A stretch of 64,000 bases of DNA from assembly GCF_009914755.1 (NCBI RefSeq), contig NC_060940.1. One strand, 5' to 3'. The notes below the pieces were generated by a model, which did no database searches, was not told the origin of the DNA, and saw only the letters and a list, made by a program, of their open reading frames with translations. This DNA comes from the human T2T-CHM13v2.0 reference genome, Homo sapiens. Shown here in pieces: positions 1 to 12,590 of the stretch. Position numbers and translations under genes: made by a program. How positions within the stretch are numbered: the stretch's first letter is position 1; every line of letters begins with the position of its first letter.

Positions 1-1533
1 TGAAACCCTTCAATTATTTGGAACCGTGGTCTCCTGACTTCCCTCACACCTCACTTTTGCCTTCATTGTTTTTCATGTTTGAGTAGCAAGAGGGATTCAG
101 AATCTCAGGCTGCCAGTGGCTGTTCTGATAACAAGGAGCAGACTCATGTTTCTTGCTACGGCCTTTCTTGATCAGGTTACCTTGGAAGGTGTATGTTTTC
201 CTACCCAATGCAGTCCCCACCACAGCACTCTCGTGTCCTCCTCCAGCCCAGCCTCCTGGAACTCGTGATTTTCAGGGTTTCCCTTGAAACCTATCCAGAA
301 ACCACAGCCATTAACTGAACGTGAAGATTTGACACCTCCTGAATTCAGGAATGAGGGAACTCGAGGGGCCAACTCTACAAACTCGCACCTGCTGCTTGAC
401 GGCAAGGAAACAGAGTTTCCCCAGCTAGGGTGAGCTTTAAATTATACACTATTTATTTAGTGACTTGTCTCCAAGGATCTCAAAGCATAGAGAGAAATAA
501 GATGATGTGTAACTTTCTCACAATCTACCTTCAAGGCTTTGCCCTGGTGCATTCTGACAAGCAGGACCCAGTATGAAGGAGAGGCCTTCCTTCTGTGCCC
601 AGGCAGAGCCATCTGTTCTCTCTGGGGTTTTCTGTCAGTGGCTTTAGGGAGTCTTCAAGGACTGTTAAATGACACAGAGGGTGGGGGGAGGGATGACCCT
701 CCTGGATTCACCTGCTCACGGCTTTCACTTAAGCCAGTTTAACACAGGAGGTACCACTGTGCCACGCAATTCCCTCTTAGCACACACCATGCGTGAGCTG
801 CAGTCTTTGCCCTCCAGGCCTTTTCCTATCATAACACAGGTGTGTCCAAGGCAGAAAAGAACATTTTCCAGAAGGTTCGTTTCCCTCCAAGCCTACAATG
901 CTTCTTTTTGTTGTTATTGTTTTTCTGCTACTGACCTAAACATAGGCATTCCTCCTCCTAACAGGATAAAAATCTTGACTCTCTCCTTTGCATCAGCTCC
1001 CCACCCCGCCCCTGCCCAAGGAAATAAATGCTCTGACTTTTCCAAGAGTGCGAAAAAACTAAAATTAGAGGGTGGACAAGATGATCTCCAAAGGTGCCCT
1101 CCAGCTCCAAAACTCTGATTCTCCCTTTAATTACTCCACAAGCGCATTCTTCACATTGTTTCGAACTGACCAGCGACTTCTCCAGGGCTGAAAAGCGTGC
1201 ATTTTTAGGCGGAGGCACCCAAACTTCTAAATGACACCAGTACCACAAGTATTCAGAAGGCAGGAACTAATCCAAAAGCAGACTCAGGAAAGGAGGAGGG
1301 AGGGGAGGACAGAGGGAAGGGAAGGAAGGAGGAAGGAAGAGCTTTACTGTGTGCCCAGCAGAATTTAGGCGCTCTCACCCTAGGTAGGTGGCAACTGGAG
1401 TCTGGGAGTTCAAGTGCATCCAGCCTGCCCTTCCCCCACACGCCCCAAGAGAATGGGAAGTTCAGCCAAGACTCGCAGCACCTGCCCGCGGCTCCAGGCC
1501 GGCTGCGCGGACCCGGAGGGAGGCTGCACTCAC

Positions 1534-1748
1534 CTGGCACACCAAGCCTCCGCGCACCTCCGGAGGGAGGCGGCACTTGCAGGTCCGGGGGCCGCGCCGC
1601 CATGCGCAACAACGGGAAATTCCAGTGGCACCCGAGCCCCGAGCTCACCCACCCCAGGCGGCATGCTCCCCACCTCCCGCTGGCCCCAGGACTCGGAGGT
1701 GGCTCTGGTCAGGAGCAGGGGGCCCGGAGACAGGGGAGGGGAGCTCAT
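1534..1748 (-). other. Candidate upstream ORF / N-terminal extension starting at a perfect Kozak AUG and open through the splice donor
   Basis: Minus strand GCCGCCACCATGA at 1757-1745; open for 71 codons + 2 nt to the exon end (MSSPPLSPGP...); the genomic stop is only the TGA inside the intron donor. Confidence 0.45.
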
Positions 1749-1910
1749 GGTGGCGGCAGGGCTGGCGGTCGGCCCGTCCCCGGAGGGAGGTCCCCGGGAC
1801 GCGGCGGGGATTCACCCACGGGGCGCGGCGCTGGCGTCCGGGTCCCCGGCCTGCCCGCCGCCGCCGCCTCCTCCTCTGCCGCCGCCCGCCCGGAATCGCT
1901 TTATGTAAAT
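1534..1910 (-). other. ZFHX3: Leader exon 1A (canonical first exon, annotated non-coding); 5' end uncertain (~1900-2160)
   Basis: Strong minus-strand donor GCCAG|GTGAGT (plus strand actcac|ctggc at 1528-1538) at the left edge of a CpG island. Confidence 0.8.
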
Positions 1911-1945
1911 GAAGCCCAACTCGCAGTTTGCAGCGCGCACCGCCC

Positions 1946-1973
1946 GGGGAAGGGGGGCGGGCGGGGCGGGGGG
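1946..1973 (+). promoter_or_regulatory. G-quadruplex-forming / Sp-KLF GC-box cluster
   Basis: GGGGAAGGGGGGCGGGCGGGGCGGGGGG: five G-runs with 1-2 nt loops. Confidence 0.7.
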
Positions 1974-2816
1974 CCTTCGGGGATCCACATTACACAGCAA
2001 CAAAGCGGAAGGTTAATTTGAAACTCACAGCCCCGCTGCCGCTCGGCTCCCCGGGCAAAGCCTGACATCTACAGTCGTGCCGGGCGCAGGCCGGGTTGCT
2101 CGGCGGCGACCGCGCCCGCCCGCCCGCAGGGACCCGGGGACGCACAGGGACGCGCGGGACCCGGGCGCTCAGCTGCGCTCGCTCCGCTTGGGGCGCGGGC
2201 CTTGGGGCAGGCCGGGGGTCCCGCGCACCCGCCTGGGGCCAGGAACCCTCGCCGCTCGGCCTGCGCCGCCCCGGGAACCGGCCCCGGCGGGAACAAAGCC
2301 CAGGCCCTCCCGGAGGCGCTGACCCCTCGCTCATCAAAGGTCAGGGGCCGGCCTAGAATCGGGCGAGAAGAAAGGGACGCGCCCTCGGCCACTAAAAGGA
2401 GCCTGAGGCCTCCGAACCGGAGCCATCGCTCCCTGGGCCCCGTCCACGTCACAGCCAGGCCACTCAAGCATGGGGACAGGAGCCAATGTGGACAGGAATT
2501 TATTGGAAACACACACCCATCCTATTAACTGCTTTACAGAGCACTTCTGTTTTTCAGTTGCAGAAACTTATAAAAACATCCCCCTGCTCTCCGTTGAGAG
2601 TTTAAGGATAGTTTTTGAGGCCAGAGAAAGAGAAAAGGAGAGATCACTAGAAAGATAGGAAGAAAAGAAGTGGGAAGAAAAGGAGATGCAGTCTACCATG
2701 TAAGCCTCCAGGCTCCTTAGCCTCACCTTATAAAGCCACATCACCGCAGAGATAGCAAAGATCGTGCCCTTTCCCAGGGAGTTCCTACCGCCAGGGTAAG
2801 ATTTAAAGCGGCCACC

Positions 2817-2926
2817 CCAGTTGGTCAAAGTGATTGCTGGGCGCCTTTCTATCTCCCCAAGTTCACCTTTTCCAGTTGGTCAAAGCGATTGCTGGGCGCC
2901 TTCTATCTCCCCAAGTCCACCTTTTT
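2817..2926. repeat. 55-bp tandem duplication (2 copies)
   Basis: ccagttggtcaaagYgattgctgggcgcctt(t)ctatctccccaagtYcacctttt starting at 2817 and 2872. Confidence 0.95.
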
Positions 2927-5900
2927 CCATTCTCATCTGAAAGCCAGCCCCAAAGAAATCTCACCGGAAGTCCTCTGTCCTCCCTGTCAGAATCCCACCC
3001 TCAGTCTGAATTTACTCCCGATTCTCACAGCACAGAAAGGCACCTGCTTTTACCCTTTCTGAAAACCACCCACCCAGGCTGGCCTTACAGCCTGGAGAGT
3101 CTTTTCCTCGGGCACAATAATGAACCATGCAAGTGTTAGAAATATAATCAGCTCATGAGGCGAAGAGCAGTATGTATGGAATTGTATTAGCATGAGGCAC
3201 ACACTGACTCGGGAGAAAAAGGGATGCTTAGCTGGTGAAAACCATCACATCCCCGTATAGAAGGCTTTTTGCACAATGTAAGTTGGGTTCAGATTAATGT
3301 AAGTATCTAACCTGTTGGGTACAGACAGCCCCTTTCTACATTTTAGTCCAGAATAGATTCTGGGGAAATTTATTTATTTATTTATTTATTTCAGCTAAGG
3401 CCCTGGGAGAAAAGACTGCCTCCAGGGAATCATGTCCGATTAGGGACAAAGGAGGGCACAAGCCCAATTCAGTCACACGTGAGAGCACGGGGGCCGGGTG
3501 GGGGGAGTTAAGAGCCAACAGGGAAGGTGGAGGATGAGTTTGCAAACCAGACTATGGTCACTGCAGAGCTGCTTCCAGACCACCTGACTTCAGGCCCAAG
3601 AACAGGTGGTGTTTTCAAAACACACTGTTATTTATATTGGCCATATAAGTTGAGAACACCTTAAAGAAAACAATTAATAATTTAATTGAAAAAGTGACTA
3701 TGAATAAGACATGAAGATGACGTATGCTAGCAGGACCGCAAGCAACGTGGCCCACAACGCAGAGATGCCTCTGGCAATCTCTCCGGAAAAACGAAGATTC
3801 CTTACCTGGGATAGGTAAGGCCTGCTGGATAAATTAAAGACAACAAGAAAATGTTGATACTCTCAGAAAATCTAATTTTGCTGCTTTATCTTCATTTTTA
3901 TTAACAGGGGACAACCTCGTAATCTGGTGACATCATGATCCTGGTAGGCCCACAGACAAATACCTTCAATAAAATAAAAGCTAGAAAGCCCAAAGAACAA
4001 GCTATTAAAGTAACCTGGGAGGATGCAGCACTGCCTGGGCAGAAGGCCCGGACGGGATCTGCCCTAATACTGCCACTGTCCCAAGAGGCAGACCCTGCAA
4101 CCTGCCTCCTGCACTTGAGAGGCCTGACAAGTAGAACTGAGAGTGACCCTGAGTTCCTTTTCTTTATCTGGCACCAGCTACACACATGATGAGGCCTAGT
4201 CAAGCCTGCCTTTGTTCCAGGCAAAAATTTAACAGGTAATCCACAGGCAGGTGATCTATGGCCTCTGTACATTATGGAAATGAGGGACTACACACAAGCT
4301 GGGTGTCACCTCTACTAAAACTCATTTTCCTTATTCATAAAAACAATACCTCTTCAGAGGGAATTGGCAACTTCTGCACTTACATATGAAATCAGGAGTT
4401 CCTCTGAAATACTCCTTGCAAATTCTATCCTCCAGCTCTGGAAGCCCTGGCTCTTCGGAGGGCAGCTGCCTGATGTTAAACCCATGGCCTACCCAGCAGT
4501 GACAGCCTGACATTCTCATCGCTCCATCCTGAACACTGCTGACAAATAAACCCACTCTCAGAAAAGGCAATTCTTCCCTCGCAGTTCTCCATACCCAGTC
4601 TCGTCTCATCTGGAAAGCGTAATTGGCAACAGCCGAAAGGATAAATATTTAAAAATAAATCAGGGAGCGCTAACCCCTTCCCTACTCCTCCCCTTACCCA
4701 CTCTCCAAGCCAGAGGCCTGCCCCCTAACGCTGAGCTGGCTGGTAAATTACAATGATTCTACCGAGCCAAACCTGCTTGTCTCTCTCTTTCTCTACACAT
4801 ACACACTTACTAATGCTGTATCCTTCCACTTTTGCAAAGGTAAATATGATCTCTAAGATACAGTGGATGTCAGCATTCTGACTTCCAGCGTAACCTGGGC
4901 TCTCTTTTCACAGTACAGCGGGTTTAGACAGATTTGTGCACCCTTCCGGGTTCTTCTATTTTTATTAAATTATACGTATACATTGATTTTTAAAACTAGT
5001 GCTTAAATAACCCGGAGGCTTTAACAAAGAAAAATCCAGAAGAGGGCAAGAAACAAAAACAAACGTTCCTGAAATAAACAAGGAACCATTTGGAGCTGAA
5101 TTGGCCTGAGTTCACCCCATGATTTTGAGGCAGTTATATTTAGGGGCCTGGTACCCGCTGGGTGGCCGAGCCCTCCTGGGTATGGAACAGAATGCAGAAG
5201 TTCCTCAGAACAGCTCACATTTGCCTTCATAACCATTGGAAGCTGGTGTGCCAAGGCCTGCACACAGATGTTTTGATTCACATTTTTCTGCTGAAGCCTC
5301 AAGGCCTCCATCCATCCCTACAGTGCTAATTCCATAGATTAATTTTTACCCCCAAATCGTAGGTGGAACATTATCTAATTTCCTTACCCACCCTCCCCAG
5401 CTCAGGTGCTAAATCTGTCAATGATATCCCACAACAAAGATACAAATGAGTAACCATTTTTTAAAAGCTGTGATTTCGGAGAGTTTTTCTAAATTAATTT
5501 TAAGTTACAAAGCCCCAAGTTTTAAGAAAGCCAAAATACAGAAGTTGCCTTAAAACAGCTTTACATGTTAGGTAAAGAGCTCTCTCTCTCTTTCTCGCTC
5601 CTTCTTTTTTAAACAAAAATATTATTTCTGAAAGGGCAAAGGGAATTTGCCATGCAAGACTTTTAAACACAGGGGGATTCTTACATTTGTGTTTCTAAAC
5701 CTTGAAATTGAGAATTTTAATGAAAAGGCGGACAGATGCTTAAGGACAGCATCGCAATCTGGGTCCATACATTACAGGAGAGAGAGGCGCTTTGTTTGGG
5801 GCCAAGTAAAAAGAGGTGGGCTCCTATTTTGTTCATAGGCCATTCCCACCGTCTGACACATCCCTTTACAGTCGGTCTGATGCTAACCACTGAATTCTTG

Positions 5901-7628
5901 GAGGGGAAGCAGGTTGGAAGGAGAAGAAAGGAAAAGGGAAACAGAAGAGGAAAAGAAATGGGCGATGGGATACTGCCTGTTTATACAAATTGTAGATTTA
6001 AAAAAAAAAATCCCAACACGGTATCCATTCCATAGTATGTACCAAAAGCACTTTCACACGTGAGTTAAAACGATCCATTAAATGCTATATCGAAAGTACA
6101 ACAACCAGGGTTGGAGTTTATTTTTTTTTTTTAATGAAGAATTCATTGAGGTTTGCAGTTCTCCCCTATTAAGCTTCTAAGGATGGGGCACAAGGCAGGA
6201 AGATAGACAAAAGATGACCTTTTTCACGCTTTCCCCCAAATAATTCTAGAATCCTATTTTCCTATCTTTTCATTTTAGGGCATTTGGGTTCAAAAATCTG
6301 TGCTAATCTGACTTCAGAGCCCCCGAGCTGAAAAATTCACATATCCTCCAAGTCAGCCAGTGTTTTAGAATTTGGATTTCTATTGAGGCTGTTCCAATCG
6401 CCAGTGAGGCCTACGGTAAAAACGTGCTTCATGCTGTTTCGTTTGTCTCTCTGCAGACAAATAGAAACTGTGAAATTTAAAGAATGGATGAAAAAAAGAA
6501 GTCTAAAACAAAGAGGTTAAAAAAATAGGACAAATGTTTTTGCTTTTCTGTCTCCCCGGAGCAATTGTGTGGGGAAGTCTGCATTGACAATAACCATGAG
6601 AAGGCCATCTAAAGGCGATGCGTACACAAGGGGACTCCTTCCCTGCTGCCTTTGGTCTGGGAGAAAAAGTACCTTAGCTCCGTTCTCCAGAAACAAAAGG
6701 CCAGGGCCACGGAAGGGGGGAGAGGTGACAGGGGCTTTCACATGGAGCCAAGTGTCAATGCTGGTTCATTTTTCACCCGTCTTACTTGGAAAGCGGCTCA
6801 GGGAACTTCCTAATGACTGCTTTTTCCCTCTCTCCCTATTATTTCTAAACCTAAAAGAACAAAACAATAATTTTTTTTTTAACCTAAAACCCATCATTCT
6901 ATTAGAGGAAAGCCTTTGGGGCCTATGCAGTCAGATTTTCCTCTTTCCTTTCCTCATCCTGCTTTTCTTTTCTTTTTTGGAGGGGGGTTCCAATTGTAGA
7001 TCACATGGAAATAAGAGACACTGGACACTATAGTCATTTTTAGTGACACCAGAACGGCCTTTATATCTACGAAAAGGCAGGAAACGGGGAGAAACACACA
7101 TGCACAAACAACCCAACAGGGATGGAAGGCGGTGGTGGGGAGGCTGCGGGGGCAAGGCCTTGAAACACTTTCTTTTTTTCACAGCATGAGGTCCACTAAT
7201 GCCAGCTTCAGATTTGCAACTGAATCAAAGTCTCCGAGTCGTCATTACAAGGTTTTTCGGTGGGTGGGGGCATGGAGAAGTGGACAATAAGGATGTATTA
7301 AAGACACAGACAAGGTGTGGCAGGGGCAAAGTGGGGGGAGGTGTTACAAAGAAAGGAAGCTGAGATGAATCACTGCGTGCCATGAAAATACCAGGGCGAG
7401 TGGATGTCGGAGTGTTTAACCAGATTTGAAGCTGGAAGCATCTTCCCCAGCGGGCAAACCCTAGGACGAGGCACAGCCACGCGACCCTCAGCCTTTGAAC
7501 CCAGACCTGGCAGCTTAGGAGCACACTCCCCCTTCCCCAGGCAGCCACAGGCTCTGAGCTGAAAGGCAAGGCGGGGGTAGGGATAAGAGGGCCCTGCAAA
7601 GAAGCACAATCAACAACTCAAATATGAA

Positions 7629-7642
7629 CGGAAATGACGTCA
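7629..7642. promoter_or_regulatory. Full CRE palindrome overlapped by an ETS core
   Basis: CGGAAATGACGTCA; TGACGTCA at 7635-7642. Confidence 0.5.
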
Positions 7643-8221
7643 GCAAAGTGAAGGACCTGTTTACTGCAGATCAAAACAAAACAAACTTCCAAACCTTTTG
7701 TGTACACAAGAAAACTCTATAAAAAGCCTTCCTAAAATGTCACCAGGGTCGACACATCAGCAGCCCCACAAGAAAACGCATGACAGTTACCATGGAGGGA
7801 GGGGGGAGGAAAGGGGCTGAAGGGAAGATGATCTGGGGGGCTGGGGGGAGGAGTGATAAAACCAGAAGGAGCCCAAAACCCAGTTACTACTGCCCCCTCT
7901 GCTGATCCTTAATATTTATTGGTGTTTATAATCTAAAAGCCATGCTCCACGTTTCACTTAATACAAGGCCAGACAGTGTTGTCTAATGAGGTAGCATTAC
8001 AATCAGCTTGTAATACTGAATTTTTAATGCTGCCAAGGATTCTGTTACATAATAATATGAAAAACAGAAGCTGAAAGTGGGCTCGCAGGGGACAGGACAT
8101 TCGAGGTTCCAGGCAGGCGAGCGCCACCAGCCCGGTTCCCCTCCCCCACACCCGCCCCCCTACTTTCTGACGTGCAATCAACCCTCCATCCCGATACAGG
8201 AGGTCGGTATGGAAACCAGGA

Positions 8222-8252
<31 letters not shown>

Positions 8253-9456
8253 GGAAATCCACACTTTTCATTATTATTGTTATTATACTCTCATCCGAAG
8301 TTTATAGCTCAAGAGTTTGAATTCTAGCTTTTCTGGGGTTAAAGGTCTAAAATGAAAATTAATTTTTTTGGAAGAGGTGGCGAAGAGACAATACAGGGGA
8401 AGAGAGGGGTAGCTTATTTTAAGCAAACCAAGAAATTTGGGAGAAAAATCACAGAGGGAGAAAGAACTTGGTGGGGGAGGGAATAGATGTCTGCCGACCA
8501 TATTCACAGCTGCCGCACTCAGTTTACATTGGTGTAATTTAAAGGCATATATATAGCCGCCGTTGCTCCTCTCTGTAATACCCCAAGACTGTAAATCTAT
8601 AACCACTGCAATGATTTAGTGATTAAAAACATGATAACATATTGTGTAACTGCAAACCACAGAACCCCTGCCAACTCTCTCTCTCTAAGATAAAGGGGAA
8701 AAAAATACAGAAAATGTGTTGCTTGCAGCCATCTTCCTAAACCCAAAAGATTTTAATAAAAGAACCTATACAGCAGACGAATTGGAAAGGGGTGAGTGAA
8801 TTCTGTGTGAAGCCAGCAAAGGGAGAGAAAAAAAAAAAAGGCAGCTTTATGTGGGATTCTTTTCCTTGTACTAACAAATTACGACCTAAACATGCCTTTT
8901 CTTTTCTCTCTCTTTTTTTTTTTAATAGTTTGTTGTAACTGGAATAACTGGTCTTGTGCACTGTCTTGCATATTCAAAGCTGCTTTGTAACCGGATCTAG
9001 AGACCCAACCTTATTTGCCTGAACTCAATAGGGTTTTTTTCTCCCCCTCCTCCCGGGTTTTGTTTTGGATTCGGTATTGTGGGTTTTCTGTTGTTGCTGG
9101 GAGCCTATGTCTATGCAGGCATAGGCTCTGGTGCCTTTAAACCACAGACCAAACACCTGAAAGGGGGAGGCACAATTTGTACAATGGCAGGAGGAGCCTA
9201 AAATATACACCAAAAAATAAAATCAAAGCAGCTGTAGGGGTTTTGGCCTCTGAGCAGCTGACCTGACCCCGTTCTGTATATTCTTTTATTTCCCCATTGC
9301 AGGATTCCTGCACCTTGGGTCAGATTCAAACTCAATGTGACCCTGAGGAGAAGGCAGTCACAGAGTCCTGAAAAGCTGCTCCATATTTAATAGGGGTGGG
9401 GGAAGTAAGTGCATATGCATCCAGACTCCCCCAGTGAAGACACCCACACGGTGCAG

Positions 9457-9514
9457 ACGTACGCGCGCGCGCGCGCGCACACACACACACACACACATAC
9501 ACACACACACACGT
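9457..9514. repeat. Compound (CG)8(CA)n microsatellite, Z-DNA-prone
   Basis: 58 bp of uninterrupted purine-pyrimidine alternation; a second (AC)n tract lies at ~9623-9649. Confidence 0.95.
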
Positions 9515-12416
9515 CAGGACTGCCAGGCCATGGGACCAGCTCCACCCCAGTTTTCTTGGCCCACACCACTGAGAGCCTGAACTCTCTTTGCGGGCCCCCC
9601 AAATCCTCATACCTACAACTCTACACACACACACACACACACACACACGCAGAGAACACCACTCCTCCAGAGACTTTGTATGTTTAAAAAGTCCACAGAT
9701 CTGAATCGCCTCCTCTCTGGACCGGAGCAGGGCAGTTTATTCAGAGAAATCAATAGGAAAGAGCATTTGCAAATATTTATATAAGCCCTGTGCGTTTCAG
9801 CATTAAGTAATTAAAAACTAAAACCCGAGGAGGGGGAAGGGAGACACACAGACAGAGGAAGGCTGCTGGCCTAGAGTAGGTTTTCCTGCCCACACCTCAT
9901 CTTCCCAAACCGCAATCTTTTCAAAACTGACTCCGTGTACACTTTTTACGAAATCCTCTTCGTACACCATTTGCTAGACTATTTCAAAATCATCTCCAAA
10001 TATGGATTCACCTACCACCAAGCTTTCAAGACTGACTGTGTCTGTATTCTATCTCTCTTCTCATACACACACAGCAACTCATACTTTTGACACTGCGTCA
10101 ATCTCTAGTATATTCTCTTTTATTTTCCTATCTCTAATATACCTGCACTAGTTAAAAAAAAAACAACAAACCTAACATTGTAAGATAAGAAGAGGGCCCC
10201 CCAAGTGCCCATTCAAGAAGCAAACTCCCAACCCCTAGGTCTCCTGAATACCCCCCACTCCCCTCAACCCACAGGATGTCTACACTTTGGGGGTTCAGCT
10301 CCTGAAACCCCCACATGTAAACAGATTTGGAAAAAAAAACAACTTCAGCAAAATGGAGTTTTAGAATGAGCTACTATGGAGTGGACTTCCCTATATTGTT
10401 CCGGAGGGCAGGGCAGTAAATTCTGGTTGTTCTCCCTCTAAATCCTCTCTAAGAAGCCAAGCAAGGCGCTGGAGCACCCACGCTGCAGATATTGTAGAAA
10501 TTTACAGTAAATGTAGGTACACGATTGCAGCACGCTGCCCTATTGATTATGCAGATTGTGATCAATCTTCTCCCCTCGCCCACTGCCCAAGCCTCTTTCG
10601 GAGGACCTCCAAATAAGTTGGTCTGCAACTAGCTATTCTCCCAAAGTAGGGAGGAAAAAAAGTAATTTTTTAAAAAACATAATAAATCCTCAATTGTCCC
10701 CACTGAAAGGGCTCGAGTCTTTTTTAAATTCCAAAGTGAATTTATGTTCTGTAATTTGCATTACAGCCAAGCGATCACCGTCTGTCATATTCTTCAAAGG
10801 TACTTAACAAACTGCCTTTTAAAAGTCACTAGAACTGGAGGCCAGAAAAAGGCAATCAGCATGCTCCGTCCATACAGTGCTTAGATCAAGTTTCAATAAT
10901 TGAGACCAATAAAAATTGTCATATTTACCCTACTTGAAAGCAACAAGGGGGAAAAGTTAAGACTGGGTGCCTTTTGAAAGCGCTTGTAATCAAAGAATTT
11001 GCCACAGTCCAAAGAATAGCACAACATTGAACAAAAGTCAGATTCTGAGCAACAGCTTCACTCGCAAAGTGATATATACATATTTTAATTCAATAGTTAT
11101 ACAAGAACCCTCCGAGTACTGAGTCCATACACAACTTAATTATATACACTGCATGAAATACACTTAGATCTACTCTCCAATAGATATGCAAAAAGACGGA
11201 CATTAAAATGCATAATGTAAAATTCAGGAACACGGTTTTTGCATCGAGTGGAGCCGGGCGAGGGGTGAGAGTGGGGAACCCAACGTAAACAATCCCAGAT
11301 TCGCGAGAGCAAAAAAAAAAAAAAGAAGAAGAAGAAGAAAGAAAAGAAAAAGAAAAAAGGCATCCTCGGATGTCTCTGAGCTCAGCTGGCGGAAGAAGGC
11401 CGGCCGGGCGAGGTCTGGCCCTGGCCAGCGGCGCAGCCCCGAGCCCCCGGGAGCCCCTAGTGTCCAGGGCAGAGCCCCCTCTGGGCGCTCGCGGCGCTGC
11501 CAGTGGGGCAGGGCGGAGAGCGCACAGGTAGAGGATCGCGCGGCCGCCTCGCCCCCTCCGGGACCCCGTGGCTCCGAACGGGCTCCCGCGTCGCCGGCAA
11601 GTCGAGCCCCAGCGCGGAAGGCGCTCGCCCGGCCAGCGGTGGCGGCCGCGGCAGCAGCAGTGGCTGCGACCGCGGCGACTGCTCCGGGCCGGGTGCGCGC
11701 CCCGCGCGGCTGCTCAGCCCGGGGCCCCGGCGCCTCTCGGGGTGGGGCAAAGTTGGGGGCCGGGAGCGGCGGGGGCGGGGGCACTCGGCACCGCGGACCC
11801 CCCCATACTCCCCCCACCGCCGGCCGCCGCCTTTGTCTCCGAGCTGGTACCCCGGCCGCCCTCCCGCCCTCGGCCCGCGCCCCGGCCGGCCCTGCCTGGC
11901 GGCGCCTCCAAACTCGCCGCGCGGGCCTCGCCCCGGGCGCCTCCACCCTCCCGGGGGTCGCCGGCGGCCGGCGGCGGCGGCGCGGGGCCGGGGAGGAGGG
12001 GGCGGCCCGGGCTCGGCGGCGGCGGCGGCGGCAGCGGCGGGAGGAGGAGGAAGAAGAAGAGAAAGAGAAAGTTTGGCGTAGGGGGAAGGCGAGCGGGACG
12101 CAGCGAGCGAGCAGGGCGCGGGCGCGGGGAGCGCGGGCGGCGGCGGCCGGGCGCGAGAGCCGGGAGGGGGCAGGACGAGCCCCATGCAAAGCAGCCCGGG
12201 CGCCCCGAGGAGCCCCGCGTCCGGGCGGTGGCGGCGGGAGGAGGAGGAGGAGCAGGCGGCGGCGGCGGCGGGAAAAAAAAAAGAGGGAAAAGTTGCCACT
12301 TACGCGGTTGCTTCTCCGGCGGCGGCGGCTGCAGCGGCGCTGCTGGCGACGGCGGCGGCGGCGGGAGCTGGCGGCGCTTTTAATCCCGAAAAGAGGCGCT
12401 CGGGCCGCGGAGCCCA

Positions 12417-12469
12417 TCAAGGCAGCAGCGGCGGCTGGCGGGGGTCGGCGGCGGCGGAGGACGCGCTGC

Positions 12470-12502
<33 letters not shown>

Positions 12503-12590
12503 AGCTGGAGCGCGCTCGGCGGAGCCCGGGGCGGGAGGCGGCCGCAGCCGGGGAGCCGGAGCCGCCGCCGCCGCTGCCGCCGAGCAGCAT
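12417..12590 (-). other. Candidate 57-aa uORF with Gly tract and Ala10 tract
   Basis: GCCAACCATGC start; MLLGGSGGGGSGSPAAAASRPGLRRARSSSAAAAAAAAAASSASSAAADPRQPPLLP*; below the ORF-track length cutoff. Confidence 0.4.
12471..12502. repeat. (GGC)10 / (GCC)10 trinucleotide repeat inside the leader exon
   Basis: Ten perfect GGC units at 12471-12500. Confidence 0.97.

Larger units (their letters stand above)
1480..2460. promoter_or_regulatory. ZFHX3: CpG island / proximal promoter A
   Basis: Very GC-rich with dense CpG; GC boxes GGGCGGGGCGGGG around 1959-1973. Confidence 0.9.

Noticed and set aside
1253-2528. Overlapping 100-170 aa ORFs at CpG island A
   Set aside because: Same GC artefact; only the Kozak-flanked AUG at 1748 was retained.
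12471-12502. Identification as the SCA4 GGC repeat
   Set aside because: The SCA4 repeat is a coding poly-Gly tract near the 3' end of ZFHX3; this tract is in the leader and reads GCC on the sense strand.
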